64,000 nucleotides of DNA from Octopus vulgaris (lineage: Eukaryota), in contig OX597814.1 in the NCBI GenBank assembly GCA_951406725.2, positions 201,376,001 through 201,440,000 on the forward strand, written 5' to 3'. Made by a program: the position numbers and the translations under genes. The notes beneath the pieces are model-generated. The model was not told the origin of the DNA. It saw nothing but the letters and a program-made list of their open reading frames with translations, and ran no database searches. Every line of letters begins with the position of its first letter. Position 1 is the stretch's first letter. Below, piece by piece: positions 26,382 to 39,904 of the stretch.

Positions 26382-26788
26382 TATATATAAATAAGTGTGT
26401 GCGTGTTTGCGCGTCTGTTTATGTATGTATGTAGCTAGTTATAAGGATATACATATATATATACACATAAACTTTGATATGTGAACTTATACGAAACTAT
26501 AGCTTTTCCATATAAGAAAAGTGTATAAGCAATCTAATGCGTGCATTGGATTTATATTTCTCCAGTTTGCATAAATAATACTATATCTGTATGCAACTAC
26601 ACAGTATGTATTCTTCAGCGTGTAATCATTAATGCTATATATTTCTTAATTTCAAACATCGAGATTTCAATTGCTGATAACATGATGAATATTTATTATA
26701 TAATCGCATTAACAAGCCCATTATGTGAATACATGTACAATAATTATTTAAATGGCTCCTTTTAAATAATATATTATATGCATATATA

Positions 26789-27065
26789 TATCTATAAAAT
26801 AATATGTTACAATTATTCAATAGTCAAGATAAAACTCTGAGTTTCGGATGCCGAAGTGGAAATCCACAACACCATCTCTTCGGTTATCTGGCCATCTGAA
26901 AAACGATATGAAAAAATACCGTTATATAAAGGGAAATTATCCGAAACTCAGAGTTTTATCTTGACTATTGAATAATTGTAACATATTATTTTATAGATAA
27001 ATTTCCTCTACTTACATAATATTGAGGTCTCTTTCTTTCTTTTGTTATCTTACCGTTTTTACCAA
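26789..27065 (+). mobile_element. Foldback Penelope-type insert (same family as 30889-31170)
   Basis: Inverted arm reads, on the minus strand, AGAUAA CCGAAGA GAUG..CAUC C GAAAC UCAGA GUU UUAUCU; shared tail ..ACCGTTTTTACCAA(TA)n. Confidence 0.85.
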
Positions 27066-27090
27066 TATATATATATATATATATATATAT

Positions 27091-27415
27091 CATGGCTCAG
27101 TGGTTAGAGCGTCGAGCTTACGATCGTGAGATTGTGAGCTCGAATCCCAGACCGGGCTGCGTGTTGTGTTCTTGAGCAAGACACTTTATTTCACGTTGCT
27201 CCAGTTCACTCAGCTGCAGAAATGAGTTGCGACGTCACAGGTGCCAAGCTGTATCGACCTTTGTCTTTCCCTTGGATAACACTGGTGGCGTGGAGAGGGG
27301 AGGCCGGTATGCATGGGCGACTACTGGTCTTCCATAAAAAAACCTTGCCCAGACTTGTGCCTCAGAGGGTAACTCTCTAGGTGCAAACCCATGGTCACTC
27401 ATGACCGAAGGGGGT

Positions 27416-27416
<1 letters not shown>
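27091..27416 (+). mobile_element. SINE family D, full length
   Basis: A-box TGGCTCAGTGG, B-box-like GCTCGAATCCC, GTGTTCTTGAGCAAGACACTTTATTTCACGTTGCTCCAG segment. Confidence 0.9.
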
Positions 27417-27464
<48 letters not shown>

Positions 27465-27466
<2 letters not shown>

Positions 27467-28325
27467 TGTTTCAGTTCAGAGCTGCGACTAAGCTGGGTCA
27501 CTGCCGTTTTGCTACACTGTTATTACAGAGAGCCTCCTCTAAAATATGGCATTTGGTGAAGAATGGAGTTTGATGTCACTACCTTCATTTGCACGTCTTG
27601 CCGCGAGGTAGGGTCATCTGGGACTCTTGACAGGAAGTAGTCCAGTTTTCATTTGAACACATTTACATTCACTTTGTGTAGGTCCTACAGGCTCTTTGGA
27701 AGAATATTAAAAAGCTGTGGGCCCCTAAAACCCAGGCTGTTGCAGCAACTGGTCCTGAAGCGCGATGGCATTGCTGGGATTTCTGGCACTGTGCAGTGTC
27801 GACCCATTCTGGCATTGATGTAGCTTTCAATGCCAAAATTTGGCACAATTCCTTCCAGGATCATCCAGATGTATATTACTGCATACCACTGCCGCCTTCG
27901 TTACAGGGAGTAGAGTCTTAGCTGTTTCAGCCATTCCCAGTAGCAGAGCTGTTGCAATGAGACGATCTTCTTTGTGAAGCTTCGCTGGATTGCTTCAAGG
28001 TCCGCTGTTAATTTTACACTGTTGGTGACCATAGCTGGGAGCAGTATTGCAGGCGGCTGAGGACAATCATGGTTTCCTTCTCTCTGGTTCTGAGCGGTCT
28101 CAGAATCCAGCCACCCAGTTGTCTACACTTTGTTGTCATCTTGGTAATGTGCACTTGGAAAGAGGCATCATCTCTCATTTCGTTATCCATGCCCCTCACT
28201 GATTTAGACTCTGGGATTTTAATCCCCTTTGGATCAGTATACCCTGTAAGTTTTATATTCAGTTTTGGACGCTGGTAGTGCAGGGCTTGGAATTTTTCAG
28301 CATTAAACTGCATATTATTGCCCCA
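27465..28325 (-). mobile_element. CR1/L2-group LINE ORF2 3' remnant
   Basis: NMQFNAEKF..LSRLQYCSQLWSP..LEAIQRSFTK..QLFNILPKSL..FK*KLDYFLSRVPDDP. Confidence 0.85.
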
Positions 28326-29737
28326 TGTATGTATGTATGTATGTATGTATGTATGTATGTATGTATGTATGTATGTATGTATGTATATAGTTATCATTTT
28401 ACGTCTGTTTTTGCATGCTTGCATACAGTGGATAAATCTCCAATACCTTATTCTAGTACTTGTGGGGTTTTTTCAAATTTTTTGTCGTCTATTTCATGGC
28501 GTTCGACCCATGTCATTCTGGTCTTTTTTCTGTCCTGAATATTGTTCTCACTTAAATCCCTTGGCAAATATTCTGCAATGATCTTGCTATACATCTAACC
28601 CCTGTCTCATTAGTGGCCACCAGAGCACAGAAGTTGGTATCCAGTTCTAAGCCTTTCCCAGGTCAACTGATGTAATGAATAGCATGTGGTTTATTTAAAC
28701 TGAATTTCTTCCTGACGATTCGAGCAAAGCGATCATCAGACGAGAACTGTTTTATTTACTTACTTTTTCGTATCTAACAGTGTGAGCCTGTTCTTTCAGT
28801 TTCTTTCTATCCCAGTCTTTTGTTTCCGTTGGTTGACGACAGCTATTGCTTTTGTCAGGGTTTCATCTGGAACTCTATTTTATTGGTTGATTTCGTAATA
28901 TGTTACTTGTTTTTTTCGTGTTACTTTTTACCGTGTGTATTTTTAAATTTTTCATTTCGTCACCTGATATTTTTTTATATATTTAGTGTATTTATTATGC
29001 AAGTGTTGTTTTATATTGAACATATTTACCAAAATGATTATTTGTTACATTAGTTATAAAAGGATTTTCCTCACCTGTTCGTTGGGCGTATTTCCTCTTT
29101 TTGAAATTCATTTGCTTTATTAAACCGAATATATATTGTTTTGCTATTTAGTTAATTCGTTATTTAAATCGGTTCGTTAAGCACATTTCCCGTTTTTTAG
29201 ATTCACTACAGTCTCAATGTTTATTTTCCTTGATATTATTTTCTATAGTAAATTAGAGAGTTTGTTATTTTGGTCCGTCTGTACTGCAAGCTGTTTGTCA
29301 AATGGATTCTTCGTCTTCGCTACCTGTCTCACTAGGAAGAGTGCATAAGTAATTCTCTGACACAAAGCCAAAGTACATCAGTAATACGCCATGTGTCGCT
29401 ATTTCCTGCTTAGTTGTGCTGTAACTTTTTGCTACTTTCATAACATGGTCCGTTAGATATTCAGCTTAACTGACTTCTGGTTAGCATACACAATATATTG
29501 TGATAGAGTATTAACCGTTCCGTGGACACAGGATGAATATTATTTTTCTGGTTAAATTTAACAAGACAACCGACTAAACAAATCAATTGTTTTTTATTCA
29601 CGGAGAAATAGAATTTATGATATAACGACTTAGTTTACATCTCCTAGCGATGCTAAAAGTTGCAGGCATATATCAAGGAATACATTTCACGACATGACAT
29701 ATAGACACGGAAATTAATAGAATCCCACAAGTATAAT

Positions 29738-29951
29738 AGGAGTGTCTGTGTGGTAAGTAGCTTGCTTACCAGCCACATGGTACCGAGTTCAGTCCCACTG
29801 TACGTGGCACCTTGGGCAAATGTCTTCTAGTATAGTCTCAGGCCAACTAGAGCCTTGTGAGTGGATTTGGTAGACGGAAACTGAAAGAAGCCCGTTGTAT
29901 ATGTGTGTGTGTGTGTGCATGCGTGTTGTTGTTGTTAAGCAACAAGACGGG

Positions 29952-29983
<32 letters not shown>

Positions 29984-30241
29984 TTGTGTGTATGTGTGGA
30001 GGCGCGTGGCTTAGCGGTTAGGGTGTTAGCATCATGATCGTAAGATGGTAGTTTCGATTCCTGGATCGGACGACACGTAGTGTTCTTGAGAAAAACGCTT
30101 CGTTTCACATTGCTCCAGTCCACTCAGCTGGCAAAAATGAGTAACGATGCGATGGACTGGCATCCCATCCAGCTGGGGAACACATACGCCATAGAAGCCG
30201 GGAAACCGAGCCCATGAGCCTGGCTAGGCTTTAAAGGGGCG

Positions 30242-30243
<2 letters not shown>
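29738..30243 (+). mobile_element. SINE B 5' half followed by a family D-related SINE (29996-30243)
   Basis: tRNA heads and family cores recognisable. Confidence 0.82.
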
Positions 30244-30278
<35 letters not shown>

Positions 30279-30620
30279 GAGTGAGCGAGCAAAGCATGCC
30301 ATCAAAGTGACACTGGGGTAAAATATACGAAGCCCAGTATACCCATCATGACTACCCGTCTGATAAGTGTACACCAGGCACATGCATCACTACCATATGT
30401 GCGCGACATGGTGATCTCATAACAAGATAAACAGCACATGACCTTGCAGGTGGAGCCCAGTTAGAATTTTTTCTTCCGATCGAGTAACCCATCCCGCTCA
30501 AAAGGTCCCTGAATAAGGGTTGTTTAAGGACGTTGAACGAAACACCCATGTTTCCAGAGGTGAACTATTCAAACCCCAAAGAATCCCTCTCAACACATGG
30601 CTATGATGCTCCCCCACTAC
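30279..30620 (-). mobile_element. (TAA)n-embedded retroposon 3' end, possibly R4/Dong-related
   Basis: Unique ~340 bp flanked on both sides by (TTA)n in the same orientation. Confidence 0.5.
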
Positions 30621-30700
<80 letters not shown>

Positions 30701-30888
30701 GTGGAAATTGACGATTTAAAAGTCTGTTATCAGCATATTGGCATGGAAATTATTTTCTTTTGCCCTTGTTTATAAGTTTTTTTATAATTTTAACCTTTAA
30801 AGGTATTTTAATATGCTGCCACTTTTTGATGAAGTTTTTTTCTGTAAAAAAAACTTCAACCTATATTAGTAGTATATATATATATATA

Positions 30889-31166
30889 TATCTGTAAATT
30901 AATATGTTACCATTATTCAATAGCCAAGATAAAACTCGGAGTTTCGGATGCCGAAGTGGAAATCCACAATACGATCTCTTCGGTTATGAAAGAGATGGCC
31001 AGATAACTGAAGATAACTGTTGTGGATTTCCACTTCGGCATCCGAAACTCAGAGTTTTATTTATCTTGGCTATTGAATAATGGTAACATATTAATTTACA
31101 GATAAATTTCCTCTATTTACATAATATTGAGGTCTCTTTCTTTCTTTTGTTATCTTACCGTTTTTA

Positions 31167-31170
<4 letters not shown>
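30889..31170 (+). mobile_element. Foldback Penelope-type insert with hammerhead
   Basis: 30889-30987 inverted to about 31003-31104; CTGAAGA..GAAACTCAGAGTT core; TA flanks. Confidence 0.85.
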
Positions 31171-31207
<37 letters not shown>

Positions 31208-31230
31208 CATCTTGTATTCCAATTCCCATA

Positions 31231-31602
31231 TCTCTCTATATATAAAAGGCAGTTTGTCTGTGTGTGTTTCTGTGTGTCTGTTAGGTTGTACCCTCACCCT
31301 AACCAAGGCTTTCAACCGATTCTGATGAAACTTGACACACACATAGCCCAATGTCATAATTCAAAACTAACGTAGCGAAAATTTTGAAAAGTTCCCCCAG
31401 TTCTGAAAAAAATCGATATATTCGACATGGGGTCGAGAATCAGAAACACAAACCACAGACTGTCTAGGGGACGCAACTCGACCTTTTTAACTAAAAAAAA
31501 AATTTACCATCATTTTTTTCACATTTTTTGGTTATAACTCTCTAAAAATGCTTTATAGTTACTTCCCTTACAAACCCGAGCAACGCCGGGCGATACTGCT
31601 AG
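31231..31602 (+). mobile_element. Non-autonomous Helitron
   Basis: A|TCTCTCTATATATAAA ... CCCGAGCAACGCCGGG CGATACTGCTAG|T. Confidence 0.9.
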
Positions 31603-31897
31603 TGATCTATATTTCTGAATAATCTCCCAGTTGATATTGAAATCATTTGCATATGCTTCAAACTGCCAATTACAAATCGACGAATTTGCGACATCCTTCT
31701 TTCTGTATGTCTACAGAAATTAGAAACGATTGAAATATTGCTTTCATTTAACTCCATTCTTCAAATAGAGGGATTTCTATCTCTTTTATTTCCTTTTCCT
31801 TTTCTTATTCCTCCTTATTGTTCAAAGGAAGCATCTCACATATGTATATTCGCGTGTGTATGTATGTCTGTGTGCATGTGTGTGCATGTGTATGTGC

Positions 31898-31929
<32 letters not shown>

Positions 31930-32692
31930 GCGAGCGAAACGCCCCCCGTCCAATGGACGGTGCTGAGTTGTCAAACATTTAAACCAAATTTTCTAAAGAC
32001 AACTTGTCCGACCGTCCCATAGGTCTCCCCGTTGAGAAACACTGATTTAACCTAATTTTGAGACACCAGTAAAAGATAGACTTTTTTCTATTCCCAAGAA
32101 AAACGATTTTATTCACACAAATATGCAACCGACGCGTTTAAAGTACCAGTAATGATAAGGCTGTTGACTGGGAGAACACAAACATGGTTTAAACAGTAAG
32201 CTTGGCAGGAAAGAATCGTGCCTTTAAGCAGTACAAAAACAACAAAAAAATGGAAGGTGCAGTTATGTACAGGTTGACGGAAGAAAAGCAGGACAAAAAT
32301 GGCTTTATCGATCGCATTCTCACGTGGAATCGATTTTTGTAATTTTTTCAAGACTTATACACGCCCTGACACCGTCGGTATCTACATATCAAATTTGAGC
32401 GCAATCGGATGAAGGATGCCCGAGATCCGAGAAGACACAAACACAGACAGACAGAACGGATTTTATATAAGAGATATGTACGCAGGCGCGCGTTAGGTGT
32501 TGTGTCCACCATAACGTTTCCAGTTCGATCATGCACTCACCGGGAAGTTTTGCATATTTTGAATATCCTTAATTAACGGCAAAGTAATTTGTCTGTTGAT
32601 TGTTTAATTATTTAATCAAAAGAGGGCAGCGCTACGAGTTATTATATACACAAATACCACATATGCATACACATGCATACACCTATATAGAG

Positions 32693-33105
32693 AATACCAA
32701 ATGAGTTCCCTATGGATACCGTATTTATTACAACTCGTGGCTTGTAAACGTATCTAACGAGCGAAAGTGAGTTAGATACGTTTACAAGCCACGAGTTGTA
32801 ATAAATACGGTATCCATAGGGAATGAGTTTGGTATTTTATTTATTGCACACGAATAAACGACCATATTTTATTAACCCAATAACTAAATTCTTCACGTTT
32901 ACTTGTAACTTATGAATGACAAAAGTAGTGCCGTCACCGTGACCTCGGGTCATCATCATGGATTGACCAATCAGAAGCAGCGCTGTCACCGTGACCTCGG
33001 GTCATCACCATGGATTGACCAATCAGAATCAGCGCTCGCAGTATCTGACATTTGTTAGATACCAAAAATATCTCAAAGTGTTCTCACTGACATGTGTGTA
33101 ATAAA
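32693..33105. mobile_element. Hairpin element with internal complement of both termini (Crypton/tyrosine-recombinase-type candidate)
   Basis: 66-bp palindrome arms, second IR TTTATTGCACAC/GTGTGTAATAAA, 52-bp tandem duplication containing CCAATCAG. Confidence 0.55.
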
Positions 33106-33701
33106 CATAAGTACGTATGTGTATTTGTATATGTGTGTGTGTGAATGCATATGTATGTGTCTTTGGGAGTATTATAACCGGATTAAATTAACAATGCCTA
33201 ATCTTGTCGTTCTTTTATCTATCTTGATGGATTCAGAAAAGCTATTATGAATATAGAAGGAATATAAGAAGTCAGACGAATTGGAATGAAACCTTGTAAC
33301 TTCTTGTGAAACAACAGTAATTTGTAGAAAAATATGCTTATAGGCTTATCTCCTAGATAATTCATGGGATTAAAGGTGATGCATTATTATCAAGGATATT
33401 GTCGCTTCGATCGTAATATATTTTGATATAACACTCCTGACAATTTGAAGCAAGAAGAGAGGTTTTATACGGCCGTTTAACATGCTAGAACTAATAGCTG
33501 TATATCCTTCAAATCGCATTGTGCCATCAGAAATGTTATTGGACAGGATCATGTTATCTGTAGAAGATGGGTTACTAGCAGTTGGAACGCATTCAGTCAT
33601 GATGATCCTGTTAAATCAGGGCTGACGAACTCTGGTAATAACGCGTTCGCATAGCTTTCTTCTCTTGCCATTTGGAAATGCTAACTATTTACCAATTATG
33701 T

Positions 33702-33805
33702 TATACATACATACATACAAACATACATACATACGTACGTACATTCATACATACATACACACACATACATATATACATACATACATACGTACGTACATTC
33801 ATACA

Positions 33806-33839
<34 letters not shown>

Positions 33840-34160
33840 CATACATACATACACACACACATACATACATACATACATACACACACACACATACATACAT
33901 ACATACATACATATATACATAATACATACATACATACATACATACACACACATACATATATACATACATACATACATACGTACATTCATACATACATACA
34001 CACACACATACATACATACATACATACATACACACACACATACATACATACATACATACATACATACATACATACATACATACATACATACGTACGTACA
34101 TTCATACATACATACACACACATACATATATACATACATACATACATACATACGTACATT

Positions 34161-34191
<31 letters not shown>

Positions 34192-34419
34192 ACATACATA
34201 CATACATACATACATACATACAAACATACATGCATGCATACATACACACACACATACATACGTACATACATACATACATAATACATACATACATACATAC
34301 ATACATACATTCATACATACATACAAACATACATGCATGCATACATACATACACATACATACATACATACATACATGCATACATACATACATATGTACGT
34401 ACGTATAAACACACACACA
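33702..34419. repeat. (CATA)n compound microsatellite
   Basis: Direct repeats. Confidence 0.97.
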
Positions 34420-35610
34420 GTGCTTAGAAGACTCCTCAGGTGGGATAATAAGATTTTAATCTGGGAGATTAACATTTGGGTTTCACTGTATTGAGAGATT
34501 TTAACAGTTTGACAGACGCACAGACAAACAGGCGCACATTCTTACGTTTGAATCAATGCAAAGACATACAGACGCACACACACACAGCTATACACCTACA
34601 CACGTGGACACATCCCTTAGGGCACAAAGATTCACCCACCCAGACACATACAGAGATCGCATCAACACTGCCACCATGGAGCACACGCACGCAGACCGGT
34701 ACACACAAAGACACACTCACACTCAGGTACACTCACACTCAGGTACACTCACACCCTCGCGAAATACTCACAGAGCCACACACACACCTCATCACAGCCA
34801 CACCGCAGGACATACAAATCCAAATGTACATTGACGCCGACAGTCTCACATGTCTGCAGGCAAGTACACTTATACACTCACACACACGTTCATACACAGA
34901 TATACACAAGCACACACCAGTACACACCAGAAACTTCCACTCAGCACACATCTACACACACATACACAGGCATATAGAGACACCTCGTCTCTGCATGTAC
35001 ATGCACACACAGATTGCACACACTCACAAGACTACTCAGACACGCACATGCAGCCACAGAACAACAAACAGCACATGGGCAAAAGCCCACACACCAGTCC
35101 ATGGACACATAGCAATATATGGAGTGATAGCAGGGTGTTCACTGTTCAATGTGGATTACGGCAGTTCGGTGCTGTGTTTACAGGGTGGTAATACTTGAGT
35201 GTGGCTTTCATGGCGTGTAAACAACGTGTAATCCGTTCAGTTAATTTATTAATGACCTTTTCCCTAGCAAGCAAGATTAATAGGGATTTTTCAGAGCAAA
35301 ATCCACAGGCTTTAGAATGTATGTTGAAGGGTTTTGCATATTTTGTAATTGACCATGAAATCTCCTATTCAATCCAGTCAGTTTTCAGTTGTCATAAAAA
35401 ATCCCCCAGCGATGTCACGAGTCATTTGTTCAGTTTTTAAAACTAGAAACATGATTTCTATATCGATTCTTGAAAAAATCAACCGTGGCACCGACTTACA
35501 CATAAAGGCCTCACCTCGTGTGCACAGTGCGTTTATAGACGATGTTACGAGTCATGGCAAACATTATCCAATTGACAATTAAATTTATCCCTGAAGGAGC
35601 ACCATTGTTT

Positions 35611-36217
35611 CCTATTTCCTATTTATTTATTGCCCACAAGGGGCTAAACATAGAGGGGACAAACAAGGACAGACAAACGGATTAAGTCGATTACATCGAC
35701 CCCGGTGCGTAACCGGTACTTTATTTATCGATCCCGAAATGATGAAAGGCAAAGTCGACCTCGGCGGAATTTGAACTCAGAACGTAGCAGCAGACGAAAT
35801 ACCTATTTCTTTACGACCCACAAGGGGTTAAACACAGAGAGGGCAAACAAGGACAGACAAAAGGATTAAGCCGATTATATCGACCCCAGTGCATAACTGG
35901 TACTTAATTTATCGACCCCAAAAGGATGAAAGTCAAAGTCGACCTCGGCGGTATTTGAACTCAGAACGTAACGGCAGACGAAATACCTATTTCTTTACTA
36001 CCCACAAGGGACTACACACAGAGAGGACAAACAAGGACAGACAAACAGATTAAGTCGATTACATCGACCCCGGTGCGTAACTGGTACTTAATTTATCGAC
36101 CCCGAAAGGATGAAAGGCAAAGTCGACCTCGGCGGAATTTGAACTCAAAACGTAGCGGCAGGTGAAATACCGCTAAGCATTTCGCCCGGCGTGCTAACGT
36201 TTCTGCCAGCTCGCCGC
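35611..36217 (-). mobile_element. SINE family A trimer
   Basis: One head at 36217 and three bodies. Confidence 0.92.
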
Positions 36218-36790
36218 TTTTGTTGGTGACCGGGAGTTGTTTAGTGGTTGTCTTGCCATTCCAGTTATAATTGGTTGTGGATCCATCATGCTGTTTGGTG
36301 TGTATGTTCTGTAGGTTCATTGTTGTATGCATATTATTAGTTCTGGATGTTTCGGGCCTATCATTTTCTCTGGTTAGCTGTTGTTGGTTGTCAGTCATGC
36401 GAGGCTTAAATGTAAATTCATTATTTGAGCTTTTAGTGATGGTGCTAACTCAAATATAAACCTCCCCGCTTAAAACCCTTATTATCCCACCTGAGGAAAC
36501 TTCACAAGGGAGCAGGAAGATGGAACACTTGTGATAATATAAATTTTTTTCTTGGTACATTCCGTCTTCCCTTTTTATCTTTAATATTTACCCAACATCC
36601 ACCTGGGAATTCCTGGAGTTATTACAATTATTACAACGACGTTTGCTATGTATCGCTGATGATGCCTGGTAGCCATAAGTGGTGGACATGCTCCGCGGAC
36701 ACACGACCTGGGACTTACTCTGAAATAAAGTTTCGATACTGTGTCTAACACGTATTTTCTTAACCTTAATTCATTGGCTTTATATATATA

Positions 36791-37307
36791 CTAGCAGTAT
36801 CGCCCGGCGTTGCTCGGGTTTGTAAGGGAAATAACTATATAAGCATTTTTAGAGAGTTACTTCCTTTATAGATGCCAATTCGGGCTTTCTTAGCCATTTC
36901 TGTTTTGGTGTCTTCAAGCCATGAAGTCGTTGTTCTAAAAGAACGCTGGTCTCCTTGACAACGCATTACGACGTTGATTTCTTTACACTCCCTTCCCCAC
37001 AGCTTCACGAGGGAGGGAAGAAGGGGGAGAAGCAAACACAGGTGCAGGTGTTTGAGCGTGGACGCCAACTCCGCCGCCATCGACACATGAAAAATTATGC
37101 ATTAAAATGGAATAAAAAATGATGTTAAATTATTTTTAAAATCGTAGACTCATCGTAGACGCGCGCTAATAGCCAGACGGGCTCGATATTAATCACGACT
37201 ATAAGATACCCGAATTTGGTTAAACTGCACCGCAAAATGTGGGAGGAGTTAGGAATCTAAATCGTAGGAGACAGACACTCACACAACTAGAGTTTTATAT
37301 ATATAGA
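36791..37307 (-). mobile_element. Non-autonomous Helitron with extra ~210-bp internal segment
   Basis: Termini match 20609-21003; extra sequence at about 36872-37090. Confidence 0.88.
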
Positions 37308-37682
37308 TATATATGATACGCACACACACACATATGTAGTTATGTTGTTGTTGATTGTATTTGTAATTGTGTAATATGTTCTCCGTTTTGTGTCTTTGTT
37401 GTTGTATACATTCGCTTGCTTTCTTACAAATAATCAAATGCACTTAGCTTAGACTCTTGGGAGGAAACCAGATCGAACAGTCTCAAGTGTAACTTTCCGA
37501 AACTGTAAGGTCATCTGGTAAATTGACTGACGTAAGAAAGCCACGAATGAACCGTCCTAATTGCTGTTTTTCCTGTCCGCCTTTGTATCGTCTATCTGTC
37601 CGGATGTTTTACTGTCCCCTATTTTTGTTCCATTTTAAAAAATTTATATATACATATAGCGGCGTACGTACACTATTGTTTA

Positions 37683-37744
<62 letters not shown>

Positions 37745-38036
37745 CGTGTAATCTTTTACTTGCTTCAGTCATTAGTCTGGGGCTGTTCTGGAGCACTGGC
37801 TTGAATACTTTTTAGTCAAATGAATCGACTTGTTTCCTTTCAAGTTTGGTACTTATTCTATCGGTTTCTTTTGCTGAACTGCTAAGTTACAGGGACGTAA
37901 ACACAACAACACCGGTTGTCAAGCCGTAGTGGGGAACAAACACAAACACTCACACACACACACGTGCAAGCAAATATATATATATATATATACACACATA
38001 TATATATATATATGTATATATGCATGTATATATGTA

Positions 38037-38090
<54 letters not shown>

Positions 38091-38186
38091 CAGACGCGTA
38101 TATATACATACACACATATATATACACACACACACACACAGACATGCATATATATATGCATATATGTACAGACAAGTATATAACTA

Positions 38187-38360
38187 CGAGGTGTAGTTAA
38201 AAAGTATCCGACCTTTTGTCAAAAAAGTAATATTAAAAAATTCACCATTTTGATTTAGTCTCTTTCAAAGTATTCACTTTGGAAGTCTACACACTTCTAG
38301 CAGTGTTCTTGCCTCTGGCGGAAACATTTCTGGAAATCACTTTTTGGGGATGCTGTAGCT
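38187..38360 (-). mobile_element. mariner 3' end (TIR plus transposase C-terminus)
   Basis: TA|CGAGGTGTAGTTAAAAAGTATCCGAC TIR; minus strand PKSDFQKCFRQRQEHC*KCVDFQSEYFERD*. Confidence 0.85.
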
Positions 38361-38830
38361 GAAAACGCAAATCTTTGCCAGTCGCACAGATTCCCGAACG
38401 CCTAAATGAAAATATTCAATCAAAATAGTTGAATCATATATATTCATACACATCAACATAAATCATGCATGTACAGGCGTGAAGATTCTCCAAGAGTATA
38501 GAGAATAAAACCAAACATACATAAAAATATAGAAGAAATATGTAACTTCATATGTATTTCTATATATTTTTATATTTCTTCTATATTTTTATGTATATTT
38601 GGTTGTATTCTTTATATTTTTGGAGAATCTTCAAGCCTCTACATGCATGATTTATGTTGATGTGTATAAATATATTATGATTCAACTACTTTCGTTGAAT
38701 GTTTTCATTTATGCGTTCGGGAATCTGACTGCCTAAGATTTGCGTTTTCAATTTTCTCTACTCTGTATTTTTTCGCATTGGCTCTCTTTTTGCACTTCGT
38801 AAATAGCCATACATTTTAAAATATACTTAA
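38361..38830 (+). mobile_element. Foldback insert (~180-bp arms plus ~80-bp tail)
   Basis: 38361-38541 inverted to 38572-38750; tail ends in TA; truncates the mariner. Confidence 0.7.
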
Positions 38831-38846
38831 TATTATATATATAATA

Positions 38847-38934
<88 letters not shown>

Positions 38935-38935
<1 letters not shown>

Positions 38936-39810
38936 CGTGCAGTGTCCAACAATCTCCGACCTGTGGGCTTATGTCGAACAACTGCTGTCACGTGTGGGAC
39001 GAGTCGGTTTATCAGCTGAGTCTATCGTCAATATTGTCACGCCTCCTTCCTTCAAACGGGAAGGAAGAGCTATTTTCATCATCCTTGTGGCTATGGCGAA
39101 AGAATGTATCTGGTGGACGCGTCTGAAAGGATTGGAGACAAACACTTTCCTCTCTGGTCAATCTCTCATCAACTTCTTCAAGTACCACTTGAAAAGGAAA
39201 GTGAGAGTAGAGAGGCAAGTTTTGTCTAGCGAATGTTTTAAAAAAAGATGGGTGAATGTAGCAAGGATGTCACGTATGAATGACGAAGCCACCTTGAGCA
39301 TAATCCTATGAACCCAGAAATTGAAAACAGAGGGTTACCCACTTGCAAACAAATGTGGTAACATATAACATTATTGACCAAGGTTACCGTGGTCTTTTTC
39401 GTAGGCTTTTCTTCCCACGGATAAACCTTACTTGCTTTCCCCTTTACACCATATATCATAACTCTGTGATACACGATCCCTATTGATCGTTCTTTTTTTT
39501 TTCCTCTTCCCCTTTTTCCCCCTTTTTTCTTCTTTTTTTTTCCTCTTCCCCTTTTTTCCCCCTTTTTCTTCTTTTTTCATTTCTCTTTCCTTTTGTTCCT
39601 TTTCCTTTTCTTTTTTTTCTTTTTATTCTTTTTATTTTATTCATTTTTTTTGTTCTTTTCTTCCCTTTTACGATCCCTCTTGATCGAAAACCTACGCCAC
39701 CCCCTTTTTTTTTATTCTTTTGTTTTTTGTTCTCTTCATCCCCCAAAAGAAAAGCTCTACCTTGTAACTTGTCCCATCTGTGTGCAGCCCTGTGTGGCCA
39801 ATAAAGAAAC
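38935..39810 (+). mobile_element. Tx1/L1-clade LINE, 5'-truncated, in (TATC)n
   Basis: QCPTISDLW..AKECIWWTR..FKKRW ORF2 C-terminus, pyrimidine-rich UTR, AATAAA end, (TATC)n on both sides. Confidence 0.85.
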
Positions 39811-39825
39811 TTATCTATCTATCTG

Positions 39826-39880
<55 letters not shown>

Positions 39881-39904
39881 CTCTATATATATATACACAC
39901 ACAC

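Noticed and set aside
34476-35198. 240-aa His/Thr-rich ORF
   Set aside because: Degenerate CA-rich low-complexity DNA with no recognisable domain
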